From Antedon mediterranea (Eukaryota > Animalia > Echinodermata), in assembly GCF_964355755.1 (NCBI RefSeq), contig NC_092673.1, forward strand, positions 35,089,648 to 35,153,647: DNA of 64,000 nucleotides. The letters are read 5' to 3'. The notes below the pieces were generated by a model. That model was not told the DNA's origin and made no database searches. It was given only the letters and a program-made list of their open reading frames with translations. Shown here in pieces: positions 27,150 to 40,300 of this stretch (the first letter of the stretch is position 1; every line of letters starts with the position of its first letter). The translations under genes and the position numbers were made by a program.

Positions 27150-30100
27150 CCTTCTCCATTCTTTCTTTATAAATCCTGTAACTGAACATGAAGTGATGAT
27201 AATTATAAATGATCTTGATCCAAAGAAAGGAGGTGGCGATGATAGAGTTACACCATACGTTATTAAATTGATTTCTCCATTCATTATTAATCACCTTACG
27301 TTCTGTATTAATTCATCTTTTTCTTCAGGTAGTTTTCCCAATTATTTAAAGTTAGCAAAAGTTATTCCAATTTTCAAGAAAGGTAGACAAGATATACTTT
27401 CAAATTACAGACCCATTTCACTACTTAGTACCTTTTCCAAAATCATTGAAAAATTAATGTACTCCCGTCTCTATGAGTTCCTGGATTGCAATAACGTACT
27501 CTTTGCTCATCAATATGGTTTTCGTAAATCTCATTCCACTTCACATGCAATCCTTGATCTCATAAATAATGTAACAAACTCCTTTGAAAAAAGACAATTT
27601 TTGTTATCTGTCTTTGTCGACTTATCCAAGGCCTTCGATATTATAGATCACCGTATACTTATTAATAAACTTAACAATTATGGAATCAGGGGTATTACCT
27701 TAAACTGGTTTCGTAGTTACTTAAGTACTGTATGAGGAAGCAATATGTCTCGTTTGGTAATTGTATATCACCAGAGGAGGAGATGACATGTGGGGTGCCA
27801 CAAGGGTCGGTTCTTGGCCCTCTCCTTTTTTTAATTTACGTAAATGACTTATCCAGAGTCAGTGACACCCTCCATGTCATCTCCTTTGCTGATGACACTA
27901 CACTATTTTTTTCTCATTCAGATTTAAAAGTTTTATTTTCTATAGTTAATAATGAATTGTCAAAATATAATGACTGGTTCATCTCAAATAAACTCCTTAT
28001 AAACTCCATGAAAACCAATTACATTCTTTTTCATACACAACGTCAATCGTTAGACCTTAATGATTACAATATATTTATTAATGGAGATAACATTAAACAA
28101 ACGTCAGAGACTATGTTCCTTGGTATTTTAATCCAGGAAAACTTGAGATGGACCAGTCATCAGAATCATATTGCAAATAAAATTTCTAAAACAATTGCGA
28201 TTATAAATAATCTTAAGCACACTTTTCCCCGACGTATCCTTCTTTCATTATATAATTCTTTAATTTTACCTCATCTTTATTATTGTAACATTATTTGGGC
28301 TGCTGACTATCCATCACATCTCGATAAACTTAATAAGCTGATTAAGCGTGCTATTAGAAATATTACTTGTACGTCTCGCATTACTCCATCTGAACCTTTA
28401 TTTTATGAACTTAAAGTGGAGCTCCACCCAGAAAATTACTATTTTTCATACATTTCAACTATTATTTAAAAATATCATCCCTTATACTTCATATTTTTTT
28501 GAATTTTTTTTCAATGAGTACGATTTTCTTGAAAATCACGCCTTTTTGCGTTTTGGGGGGATACCTTGTAATTTCCTATTCTTTTACATGCAAAAGGGGG
28601 GTATATTTGAATAATCCTAAAAAATTCATTTCTTCACCAAAAAAAAAATGTAAAATGTATATTTATGTAATTTTTCCAGATCTTTCTATTTCTGGTATTT
28701 TTATCACGTATACATTGCGCAATTTTGCGTAAATAGACACTTTCCCCCGTTCGGGTCCAATTGGGTTTTTTATTTTGCTAGGGAGTACGATCACGTGACA
28801 TTTTCACAATCACACTACTGCAGCTGGCGATCTGTTATTTTGTCGCGATGTTATTTTTGACGGGCGAAAAGTATATTAAAACATTCTGAATGTGACCCTA
28901 TTATGTTTCACAGTGTAATAATGTGATTATGAGACTATTACTAAAATGTCAAATTTAACGAGATTTGAGAAAGATGTGGCTATATATTCAATAAAGCTAG
29001 GCCTAGGCCTACTAGAGTGTAGGTATGTACCGATGCTGCTTAGTGGCTTGGCCTCTAGCTAGGCTAGGCTGACAGCAGTGAAGTTTGTTTTGCTGTCACC
29101 CGACCTTGGCCTACCCATGGGCCATGATAGGGTGCCTGAATAGTTGCTTTTCAGTCAGGTCTAAGCTTGCACATCGCTTTACTATTCTTTACTACTCTTG
29201 TTCTGTATAGGATTTTGTGTTTCACAATTCTTAATATGCGAGAAAACCCAGGAACGATAAATGGGGCGAAACGACCATGCCTATGAATACATAGGCCTCT
29301 AGACAAAAATTCAAGGCTAGCTAGGCTGAGCAGACGGCTTAGCTAGGCCTAGCCCTAGCTTAAAGTTAAAAGCAATCTTGTTGTACAGTGAAAATCATGA
29401 GGTTACATGTAAATTATACTGACATTCTTATCGGAAATATTACTTAGGCCTAAACAAATCGTATTAATTGTGTGTATAAAATTTATTCCCCATTTTTCGA
29501 CACATAATTTACCAAAGGGAAGAAATTTCCACAATGCGTTGACCAGCGACTAAAACGCGTCAGTCGCTAAGTGTAACGCGTTTCGCGACGTATTGTAAAC
29601 TAATAACCCCTAAGTTACTGAAAAACTGTAATTTGTTAAAAAACACTATTTTCTGACCGATTTTTTAGAAATGAGTTTTTGGAAAATATTTCCGTATTTT
29701 TCCTGTTTTTTTTTATGTAATCACTTTCAATTAAACATACTTAAACATAATATAAGCTGAGAAAGTCTGAGTGTAGCTCCACTTTAAGTTACTGAAGTTA
29801 GGTGATATACATAAATTGCAAAGTGCCTCTTTTGTCTTTCAATATTTTTCTAACAATCTTCCTTCTCCCATGATGAATTTATTTAACACTGCTGATTTCA
29901 ACCATGGTCATAATTTAAGAAGTACTGTTCATAAGTTTCAGTTAACTATTCCTTTTGTAAGATTAACTATCTTCCCACTTTATTTATGTTTCTGGCCCTT
30001 TTATTTGGAATCAATTAGATACTAGTATTGTTAACTCTTCCTCTCTCCCAACTTTTCATAAAAAACTTAAAAGTAATTTGTTATCATTGTACTCAAACTA
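27150..30100 (+). pseudogene. LINE ORF2 reverse transcriptase; endonuclease missing, frameshifted at ~27733, split by a DNA transposon
   Basis: NYRPISLL, QYGFR, DLSKAFD, GVPQGSVLGPLLFLIYVND, FADDT; the frame PLFYELK|LLKLGDIHKLQ is restored after removing 28415-29787. Confidence 0.9.
28415..29783. mobile_element. Non-autonomous DNA transposon with TTAA TSD and AG...CT termini (Kolobok-like), 1369 bp
   Basis: TTAA-agtggagctccacccaga ... tctgagtgtagctccact-TTAA. Confidence 0.88.
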
Positions 30101-30624
30101 GACCTTCAAACTGTTTTTGTCACGACTTTTTTTTATTTTATTTAATAATTATATACAAATGTATTTTTTTCTTTTTGTTTATGGGTCTTGCGTGACAAGT
30201 ATTCTCTTCTTGCAAGATCCTCTATTAATGGTATTTTTTGTATTTTCTCATTATAAATTATCATTCTTTTTTATTGTATTGTTATACCATTGATAGAAAC
30301 TAATAAATGTTGAATTATTATTATTATTATTAATGGATGAACACTAAACTGTTCACTATCAATTATCATTATTAATGGACCTTAAGATATATTCACTTTA
30401 CAGATTCATAATTTTAAATATGTTTGTATGTCTAAATAGGAACAAAGTCAAATAGCATACAATTATTAATTAATGAATGTTCTTTTGTTTATATCGTATG
30501 ATAAAACTTAAAATAATAAAAAAAATATAAAACATAGAAAAAAGATTCTTACGGATAACTTTAACTCATATATTGTTGACACACCCAAATGTTTAACCCA
30601 CCTTTAAATTATTTCTGGGAGAAT

Positions 30625-30787
30625 TGTAAGTATTATATACTATGTATTCTCAGATACTCCTAAATATTAGTATAGCGCCACCTATGTTGAAATAAAACTG
30701 ATTTACAAAATGGACGATACACTGTGTTTATGTCATGAGGTCTATAAACAATCAATTGTAATCCACAAACATCTTCAGTATACAACA
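30625..30787 (+). repeat. 3' LTR (163 bp)
   Basis: Matches the 5' LTR with a few indels; followed by the TTTTC TSD. Confidence 0.92.
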
Positions 30788-30925
30788 TTTTCTTTTTCCC
30801 ATTCCTTTTTCCTTTTAACCATTACATTTCTAAAATATTTGTAAAAATTAGGGCTTTTTTTTTTTCAGAATAAAGACTAGTCCAGTTCAATGTGATGTTT
30901 TAAAGCTAATATTTTTTATATTTAG

Positions 30926-30973
30926 TTGCAGAATCTACTGAAAGAATAATGAAGCTATCACCAATAGATAAAG
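30926..30973 (+). CDS. NLR gene linker micro-exon 2 (48 bp, phase 1-1): VAESTERIMKLSPIDK
   Basis: tatttag| (alternative in-phase cag at 30931) and AAAG|gtattt; similar to micro-exon 19681. Confidence 0.7.
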
Positions 30974-31312
30974 GTATTTTATCAATTTTGGCAACAAAAA
31001 TAAAATTGCATTTGCAAACAATATGCCAAAATCTAAAATTTACTCCAATTAATTGTATAATTGAACTTGATTGTAAATTATGGTTGGTGTCATACATTTG
31101 GACTTGTACATACTGTAATTGATTGTATATTTTGGGTGGCATACAGCTAAATAACTACAGAGAAGGTAAACTTCTTCCTAGACCAGAATTAAGTTATAAC
31201 AAAGTTATGAATTACTATATATTTATATTTTCTATTAAAAAAAAACCTTCATAGAAAAGAATCTGTTTCATTTAACTTTACTAACTTGAAACTTACTAAT
31301 TTCATTTAACAG

Positions 31313-34300
31313 TTATCAAGACGTTCTTGAAAGAACACAAAAAACAATCATATCAAGATATGCATCTACTGGGAACAGCAGTTTTTAATGAAGAACACAA
31401 AGTTAACATTGCTGACGTATTCACAGATCTCAAGTTACTTCAATCTACAAAACAAAAACAGGTTGACCAAGCAACAAGACGGCAAGATGCTAAACCAACA
31501 AATTTAGTACATGTGTTGAAGATGATAAAATATAGAAGTTCATGTAAAGTTCTAATAACAGGTAAAGGAGGGATGGGAAAGACAACTCTTCTTAGACACA
31601 TTACTTATAACTGGGCTACTAATAATGATGATACATTTGCTGACAAAGTATTGTTTCTGTTAAATATCAGAGACATAGAGCCAGGAAAGACAATCATAGA
31701 TACTATTGTTGATGAAATTGACCTTGAAATATTTGCTAACCATATGAAAAAGATATCCAATGAGGAACCTAAGGAATTAATAAAAACGTTCATGATAGAA
31801 AAGGGGAATGAAATAGTTATACTATTAGATGGATTAGATGAGTTAAAGCAAGATGCTAAAAAACCATTACAATTATTGAAATTTAAATCTGACTATAAAA
31901 ATACCACAATAATAACATCACGACCTGAAAATATTACAACATTTGTTGAAAACTGTGATGTAGGTATTGAAGTTAATGGATTTAGTGAAGAAAGTATGAA
32001 GCTTTATATTCAGAAATATTTTACAGAAAAACCTAAATTAGGAAAAGTGTTAATCATAAAATTAAATCTTATTTCACACACGAATTCTGATTCAGAGGAT
32101 TCAAAAGATTTTGATCAAGAAATTTCAGATTCAAAAGATTCAGATTCTGAAAATTCTGATTCAGAAGATTCAAATTCAAAATATTCCGATCCAGAAATTT
32201 CAGATTTAAAAGATTCAGATTCTGAGAACAAACACACTGATCCATTTAGAAATATAGATATCATTGAACTGTGTTCATCTCCTTTATTATTACTTCAGAT
32301 TTGTAGCATTTGGGAAGAATCAGAAAAGCTTCCCAATGATTTGTCAGATCTTTTCAAAGAACTAATTTGTTGCACTTTAAATCAATATTTATCCAAAACA
32401 AATAGTGAGGGGAAGAAATCTACAATTGCACATTTTGAACAAATTCGAGGTGATTACAAAACTGCTATCCTAGCGTTAGGCCAATGTATTTATGAACGAC
32501 TAAAAACAAATGAACTGATAATTGACAAGTCTCAGTTCACAAATATGGTAAAGGATGAGGATAAATCAATAGTGGACTTGGCACTAAAAATTGGATTTGT
32601 TTACAAAAAGCCACCTCTTAATAAAAGAGATAAAAAAGAGATCTTCTCTCCCCCACACAAGCTAGTTTCGGAGGCATTAGCAGGGTTTTACCTTTCTGAT
32701 AAGTGTCATTCAGATAATTTGAAGGAGGAGGAGTGTGAAATGATAATATTTAATAAATATCTACATATGACAATTATATTCACAATAGGATTCTTAGGTG
32801 ATGATGCTGGTAGATTAATGAAACATTTGATGAAAGTGAAAGCTTCAAACTTGTATTCACTAGCAAAGTATTTCAGATATGTAAAGAAAGAACATGAATA
32901 TTCTGTAATAGAGCAATTAGAAGCAAAAATATCTAGTGATGAAGTACTTACAGAAACATGTTTAGAAATGTCTGAATCATTTAGATGTGCTCTAGATTAT
33001 ATTAACCCTTTGAGTGAGCAAATAGCAACATCACAAATGCAATTGGTAAAACTTATGAGCAGATGTTATGGTTTTTTGAATGAACAGTGGAATTCAGTAA
33101 TTATGGAGAAAAGACCCACTACATCAACTACAGAATTTTGTGCTATGGTAGTTCATTTCTTAATATTCATGTATACACCAATAAGTGATGATGAAGAAGT
33201 ATTTGAATTCGAATCGTTTGTGAAAGACAATGAGATTGGTACTATTGCAACTATGATGGACAAATTTCAATTTCAATATGGCTTTAAAAACATTTCATTT
33301 GATAAATCACAGAGTCCTAATTTCTTGATACATTGTTTGAAATATTCACCCAACCTGAAAAATATCTATTTTAAACCTGAGAGTTTAACCATTATTACAT
33401 TAAACCACGTTCTTGAAAATATCTTTCCACTTGATCTAAAGCTTCATATTGAAAAGGATGATCTAAGTAATATTGATGCTGTTTCACTTTCTAAGTTGGG
33501 GAGTCTAGTTGAGAAGTTTACATTTAGTAACTGTAACTTATCAGTTGATCACCTAAATGTTCTTGTAAATTTCTGTTATGAATGTGATAGGATATTGACA
33601 TGGAAGAAGTTGGATTTAAGTCGAATTAACCTATGTTCAATTGAAGGATCAAAATTAGCTTGTTTATTAAAATTCTCTCCACAACTAGAACATCTTGATA
33701 TGAGTGAGTGTAATCTCTCAGGTAGTATTATAAAAGATTTATTGAATGAATGTGATAAAAACAATGTGATATTAAAGCGAGGTATGGTTGATGTAACGAA
33801 AAACAATCTTTCAGATATTGATGTTGATACACTATATAAGTTGGTGGATTCAGATTGTACGCATTATTTAATGTTTAAATTTTGTGATCATAGCCTGTCA
33901 GTTCATCACCTGAAAAGTCTTATAGATGTATGTTGTGAACATGGTAGGATATTGATATGGGAAGAGTTGAGTTTAAGTAGGATTAACTTAGCTTTAATTG
34001 AAGGATCAAAATTAGCTTGCTTATTAAAATTCTCTCCACAATTACAAAATCTTGATATGAGAAACTGCCATATTTCAGGTAGTATTATAAAAGATTTATT
34101 GAATGAATGTGATAAAAACAATGTGGTATTGAAACCTGGCATGATTAATCTAGGGGAAAACAATTTGTCAGGTATTGATGGTGGTACACTATTTAGGTTG
34201 ATGGATTCAAATTGTATAAATTATTCTACTTTTGAATGGAAAGATTATAGCATGTCAGTTGATAACCTAAGAGGTCTTGCAGATGCCTGTTATGAACATG

Positions 34301-37300
34301 GTAGGATATTGACATGGGAACAGTTGAATTTAAGGTGGATTAACCTAGCTTCCATTAAAGTATCACAATTAGCTTGTTTATTAAAATTCTCTCCACAATT
34401 ACAAAATCTTGATATGAGAAATTGCCATATTTCAGGTAGTATTATAAAAGATTTATTGTATGAATGTGATAAAAACAATGTGGTATTGAAACCTAAATTG
34501 CTTGATCTTCAGGAAAACAATTTGTCAGGTATTGATGGTAGTACACTATTTAGGTTGATAGATTCAAATTGTATGAATTATTCTACTTTTAAATGGAAAG
34601 GTTATAGCATGTCAGTTGATAACCTAAGAGGTCTTGTAGATGCCTGTTATGAACATGATATGATATTGACATGGAAAGATTTGAGTTTATATGGGGTTAA
34701 CCTATGTTCAATTGAAGGATCAAAATTAGCTTGTTTATTAAAATTCTCTCCACAACTTGAACGTCTTGATATGAGAAACTGCCATCTTTCATGTAGTATT
34801 ATAAAAGATTTATTGAATGGATGTGATAAAAACAATGTGGTATTGAAACATGATATGCTTGATCTAGAGGGAAACAATCTTTCAGATATTGATGGTGTTA
34901 CACTATTTAGGTTGGTAGATTCAAATTGTATGAATTATTCTACTTTTGAATGGAAAGATTATAGCATGTCAGTTGATAACCTAAGAGGTCTTGTAGATGC
35001 CTGTTATGAACATGATATGATATTGACATGGAAAGATTTGAGTTTATATGGGGTTAACCTATGTTCAATTGAAGGATCAAAATTAGCTTGTTTAATCAAA
35101 TTCTCTCCACAACTTGAACGTCTTAATATGAGAAACTGCCATATTTCAGGTAGTATTATAAAAGATTTATTGAATGAATGTGATAAAAACAATGTGGTAT
35201 TGAAACCTGGCATGATTAATCTAGGGGAAAACAATTTGTCAGGTATTGATGGTGGTACACTATTTAGGTTGATGGATTCAAATTGTATAAATTATTCTAC
35301 TTTTGAATGGAAAGATTATAGCATGTCAGTTGATAACCTAAGAGGTCTTGCAGATGCCTGTTATGAACATGGTAGGATATTGACATGGGAACAGTTGAAT
35401 TTAAGGTGGATTAACCTAGCTTCCATTAAAGTATCACAATTAGCTTGTTTATTAAAATTCTCTCCACAATTACAAAATCTTGATATGAGAAATTGCCATA
35501 TTTCAGGTAGTATTATAAAAGATTTATTGTATGAATGTGATAAAAACAATGTGGTATTGAAACCTAAATTGCTTGATCTTCAGGAAAACAATTTGTCAGG
35601 TATTGATGGTAGTACACTATTTAGGTTGATAGATTCAAATTGTATGAATTATTCTACTTTTAAATGGAAAGGTTATAGCATGTCAGTTGATAACCTAAGA
35701 GGTCTTGTAGATGCCTGTTATGAACATGATATGATATTGACATGGAAAGATTTGAGTTTATATGGGGTTAACCTATGTTCAATTGAAGGATCAAAATTAG
35801 CTTGTTTATTAAAATTCTCTCCACAACTTGAACGTCTTGATATGAGAAACTGCCATCTTTCATGTAGTATTATAAAAGATTTATTGAATGGATGTGATAA
35901 AAACAAAGTGGTATTGAAACATGATATGCTTGATCTAGAGGGAAACAATCTTTCAGATATTGATGGTGTTACACTATTTAGGTTGGTAGATTCAAATTGT
36001 ATGAATTATTCTACTTTTGAATGGAAAGATTATAGCATGTCAGTTGATAACCTAAGAGGTCTTGTAGATGCCTGTTATGAACATGATATGATATTGACAT
36101 GGAAATATTTGAGTTTATATGGGGTTAACCTATGTTCAATTGAAGGATCAAAATTAGCTTGTTTATTAAAATTCTCTCCACAACTAGAACATCTTGATAT
36201 GAGTGAGTGTAATCTCTCAGGTAGTATTATAAAAGATTTATTGAATGAATGTGATAAAAACAATGTGGTAGTGAAACGTGATATGCTTTATCTACGGGGA
36301 AACATTCTTTCAGATATTGATGGTGTTTCACTTGTTAGGTTGGTGAATTTTTTTTTTGCACAACATAATGGTGATGACGAGTTTTATGAACCACCTATTG
36401 GTTATGCTAACAGTGTTTATTTTCATGATTACAGTCTGTCAGTTAATAACATAAGAGGTATTATAGATGCTTGTTATGAACATGATTGGATATTGAAATG
36501 GACAAGTTTGAATTTAAGTGGGATTAACTTATCTTCAATAGAAGGATCAAATTTAGCTTGTTTATTAAAATTCTCTCCACAACTAAAACGTCTTGATATG
36601 AGGAATTGCCATATTTCAGGTAGTATTATAAAATATTTATTGAATGAATGTGATAAAAACAATGTTGTATTGAAACCTGGCATGCTTGATCTAGAGAAAA
36701 ACAATTTGTCAGATATTGATGGTGTTACACTATTTAAGTTATTAGATTCAAATTGTATGAATTATTCTACTTTTGAATGGAAAAATTATAGCATGTCAGT
36801 TGATAACCTAAGAGGTCTTGCAGATGCCTGTTATGAACACGATGAGATGTTGACATGGGAAAAGTTGAATTTAAGTGGGATTAACCTAGCTTCAATTGAA
36901 GGATCAAAATTAGCTTGTTTATTAGCTTGTTTATTAAAATTTTCCCCAAAACTTGAATGTCTTGATATGAGAAATTGTCATCTCTCAGGTAGTATTATAA
37001 ACGATTTATTGAATGAATGTGATAAAAACAATGTGTTATTGAAACCTGGCATGCTTGATCTAAAAGAAAACAATTTGTCAGGTATTGATGGTGGTACACT
37101 ATATATGTTGGTAGATTTAATTAATTGTATGAATTATTCTACTTTTGAATGGAAAGATTATAGCATGTCAGTTGAAAACCTAAGAGGTCTTGCAGATGCC
37201 TGTTATGAACATGATAGGATATTGACATGGCAACAGTTGGATTTAAGTGGGATTAACCTATCTTCAATAGAAGGATTAAAATTTGTTTGTTTATTGAAAT

Positions 37301-40300
37301 TCTCTCCACAACTACAACATCTTGATATGAGTAATTGCCATCTCTCAAGTACTATTATAAAAGATTTATTCAATGAATCTGATAAACACAATGTTGTATT
37401 GAAACCTGGCATGCTTGATCTAAATGGAAATAATCTTTCAGGTATTGATGGTAGTACACTATTTAGGTTGATGGATCTAATTTATATAAATTATTCCAAT
37501 TTTACATGGTGTGATTATAGCCTGTCAGTAGATACCCTTAGAGGTCATATAGATGCCTGTTATGAACATGGTAGAATATTGAATTGGAAGTGGTTGAATG
37601 TAAGTGGTACTAACCTGTCTTCAATTGAAGGATCAAAATTAGCTTGTTTATTGAAATTTTCTCCACAACTACAACATCTTGATATGAGAAATTCCCATAT
37701 CTCAGGTAGTATTATAAAAGAATTATTAAATGAATGTGATAAAAACAATGTGGTATTAAAACCTGGCATGCTTCATCTAAAAGGAAACAATCTGTCAGAT
37801 ATTGATGGTGATACACTTTTTAGGTTGATGGATCTACTTTCTAAATGCAATATGGATCAATATGGTTATTGTTCCATAAGTTATTTGGCATGGACTGATT
37901 ATAACCTGTCAGTTGATAATCTAAGATGTTATTTGGACACCTTAGATAAACATGGTCAAATATTGGATTTGTATATTTTGAATTTAAGTGGGATTAACTT
38001 GTCTTCAATTGAAACATCAAAACTGGCTTGTTTATTGAAATTGTCACCACAACTACAACAACTTGATTTGAGTGATTGCCTTCTCTCTGGTAGTATTATA
38101 AAAGATTTATTAAATGAATGTGATAAAAACCATGTGGTATTGAAATCTGGCATGCTTGATCTAAAGGGAAACAATCTTTTAGATATTGATGGTGTTACAC
38201 TATTTAGGTTGGTGGATCTAAATTGTATAAAGCATTCCACTTTTAAATGGGATGATTATATCCTTACTGTTGATGACTTAAGGGATTTTATTAATGCCTG
38301 TTGTGAACATGGAAACATTTTAACATGGAAAAAGTTGAGTTTAAGTGGAATTAACCTAGCTTCAATTGAAGGATCAAAATTGGCTTGTTTATTAAAATTC
38401 TCTCCAAAACTTAAAACTCTTAATATGAGTAATTGCCATCTCTCAGGTAGTATTATAAAAGATTTATTGGATGAATGTGATAAAAACAATGTGGTATTGA
38501 AACCTGGCATGATTGATCTTAAAGGAAACAATCTTTCAGATAGTGATGGTGTTACACTGTTTAGGTGTATAAATCTGATTTATAATAACTTTTATTACAA
38601 GTATGTTTGCATTTTTATGGATTACTATATTTTTAATTGGAATGATTATAGCCTGTCTGTTGATAACCTGAAAAGTCTTGTAGATGCCTGTTATGAACAT
38701 GGTAGGATATTAACATGGGAAAGATTGAATTTAAGTGGGAATAACTTATCTTCAATTAAAGGATCAGAATTAGCTTTTTTATTAAAATTCTCTCCATATT
38801 TAAAACATCTTGGTTTGAGATATTGTCATCTCTCAGGTAGCATTATAAACGATTTATGGAATGAATGCGATAAAAACAATGTGGTATTGAAACCTGGCAT
38901 GTTTGATCTAAGAGGAAATAATCTTTCTGAAATTGATGGTGTTAGACAATTTGGGTTGGTGAATTTAATTTATAACAAATACACTTTTGAATGGTGGTAT
39001 TACATGCTTTCAGTTGATAACCTGATAAGTCTTGTAAATGCCTTGGATGGTAGGATATTGACATGGACAAACTTAAATTTAAGTTTGATTAACTTATCTT
39101 CAATTAAAGGATTACATTTAGCTCTTTTATTAAAATGTTCTCCAGAACTAAAACACCTTGATATGAGTAATTGTCATCTCTCAGGTAGTATTATAAAAGA
39201 TTTATTGAATGAATGTGATAAAAACAATGTGTTATTGAAACCTGGTATGCTAAGGCTTGATCTAAAAGGAAATAATCTTTTAGATATTGATGGTATTTCA
39301 CTTTTTCGGTTGATGGATTTAAATTGTATGGATTGTTGTACTTTCAAATGGAAAGATTATAGCCTGTCATTAGATAACCTAAAAAGTCTTATAGACGCCT
39401 GTTATGAACCTGGTGGAATTTTGAAATGGGAAAGATTGGACTTAAGTGGGATTAACCTATCTTCAATTGATGTATCAACATTTGCTTATTTATTAAAATT
39501 CTCTCCAGATCTAGAACATCTTGATATGAGTAATTGTTGTCTCTCAGGTAGTATTATGAAAGATGTGTTAAATGAATGTCATAAAAGCAATGTGGTATTA
39601 AAACCTGGCATGTTTGATCTAATAGAAAACAATCTTTCAGATATTGATGGTGTTTCTCTATTAAGGTTGGTGAATCTAATTGATATGGATGATGACACTT
39701 TTGAATGGTATGATTATTATAACATGTCAGTTGATAATCTAGAAGGTTTAATAGATGCCTGTTATGAAGATGGTAGGATATTGAATTGGAACAGGTTGAG
39801 TTTAAATGGGATTAACCTAGGTTCAATTAAAGGATCAAAATTAGCTTTTTTATTGACACTCTCTCCAAACCTAGAATGTTTTAACATTAGACATTGCAAT
39901 CTTTCGGGTAGTATTATAAAAGATTTATTGACTGAATGTGATCAGAATAAAGTGGTATTGAAACCTGGCATGCTTGATCTACATGGAAACGATCTTTCAG
40001 ATATTGATGGCCTTTCACTTTTTAGGTTGGTGAATTGTATGAATTATGACACTTTTAAATGGTGTGATTATAGCCTGTCGGTTGATAACCTTGTGAATAT
40101 CTGTAAGGGGAATAATAGTAAGTTAACATGGAGCTATTTAGATTTAAGTGGACTTAACCTTGTAGGATCCACTTTAGCTGGTTTAATACCATTATTTCCA
40201 TTACTAGAACATCTCAGTTTGGAAAATTGCAATCTTTCAGGTGGTATGATAATGTCTGTATTGGATGAATGTGAAAGAAATGGAATAGTATTGAAAAAAG

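Larger units (their letters stand above)
25852..30332 (+). mobile_element. LINE (CR1/L2 group) inserted in the Gypsy 3' UTR
   Basis: ORF1 plus RT ORF2; 3' aataaa followed by a (TTA)n tail at 30315-30332; 5' boundary approximate. Confidence 0.88.
20774..30787 (+). mobile_element. Ty3/Gypsy LTR retrotransposon (Mag/K02A2.6-like), full length with nested insertions
   Basis: TG...CA LTRs 20774-20946 and 30625-30787; 5-bp TSD TTTTC; PBS-like tggcgacga at 21738; purine tract gggagaa before the 3' LTR; gag-PR-RT-RH-IN order. Confidence 0.95.

Noticed and set aside
27037-27150. Hydrophobic N-terminus on the LINE RT ORF (signal or TM segment)
   Set aside because: Translation of an AT-rich low-complexity patch upstream of the truncated ORF2
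31327-31329. TTG start of the 3129-aa ORF as the true initiation site
   Set aside because: Eukaryotic gene; a phase-1 splice acceptor at 31312 with a branch motif explains the ORF start
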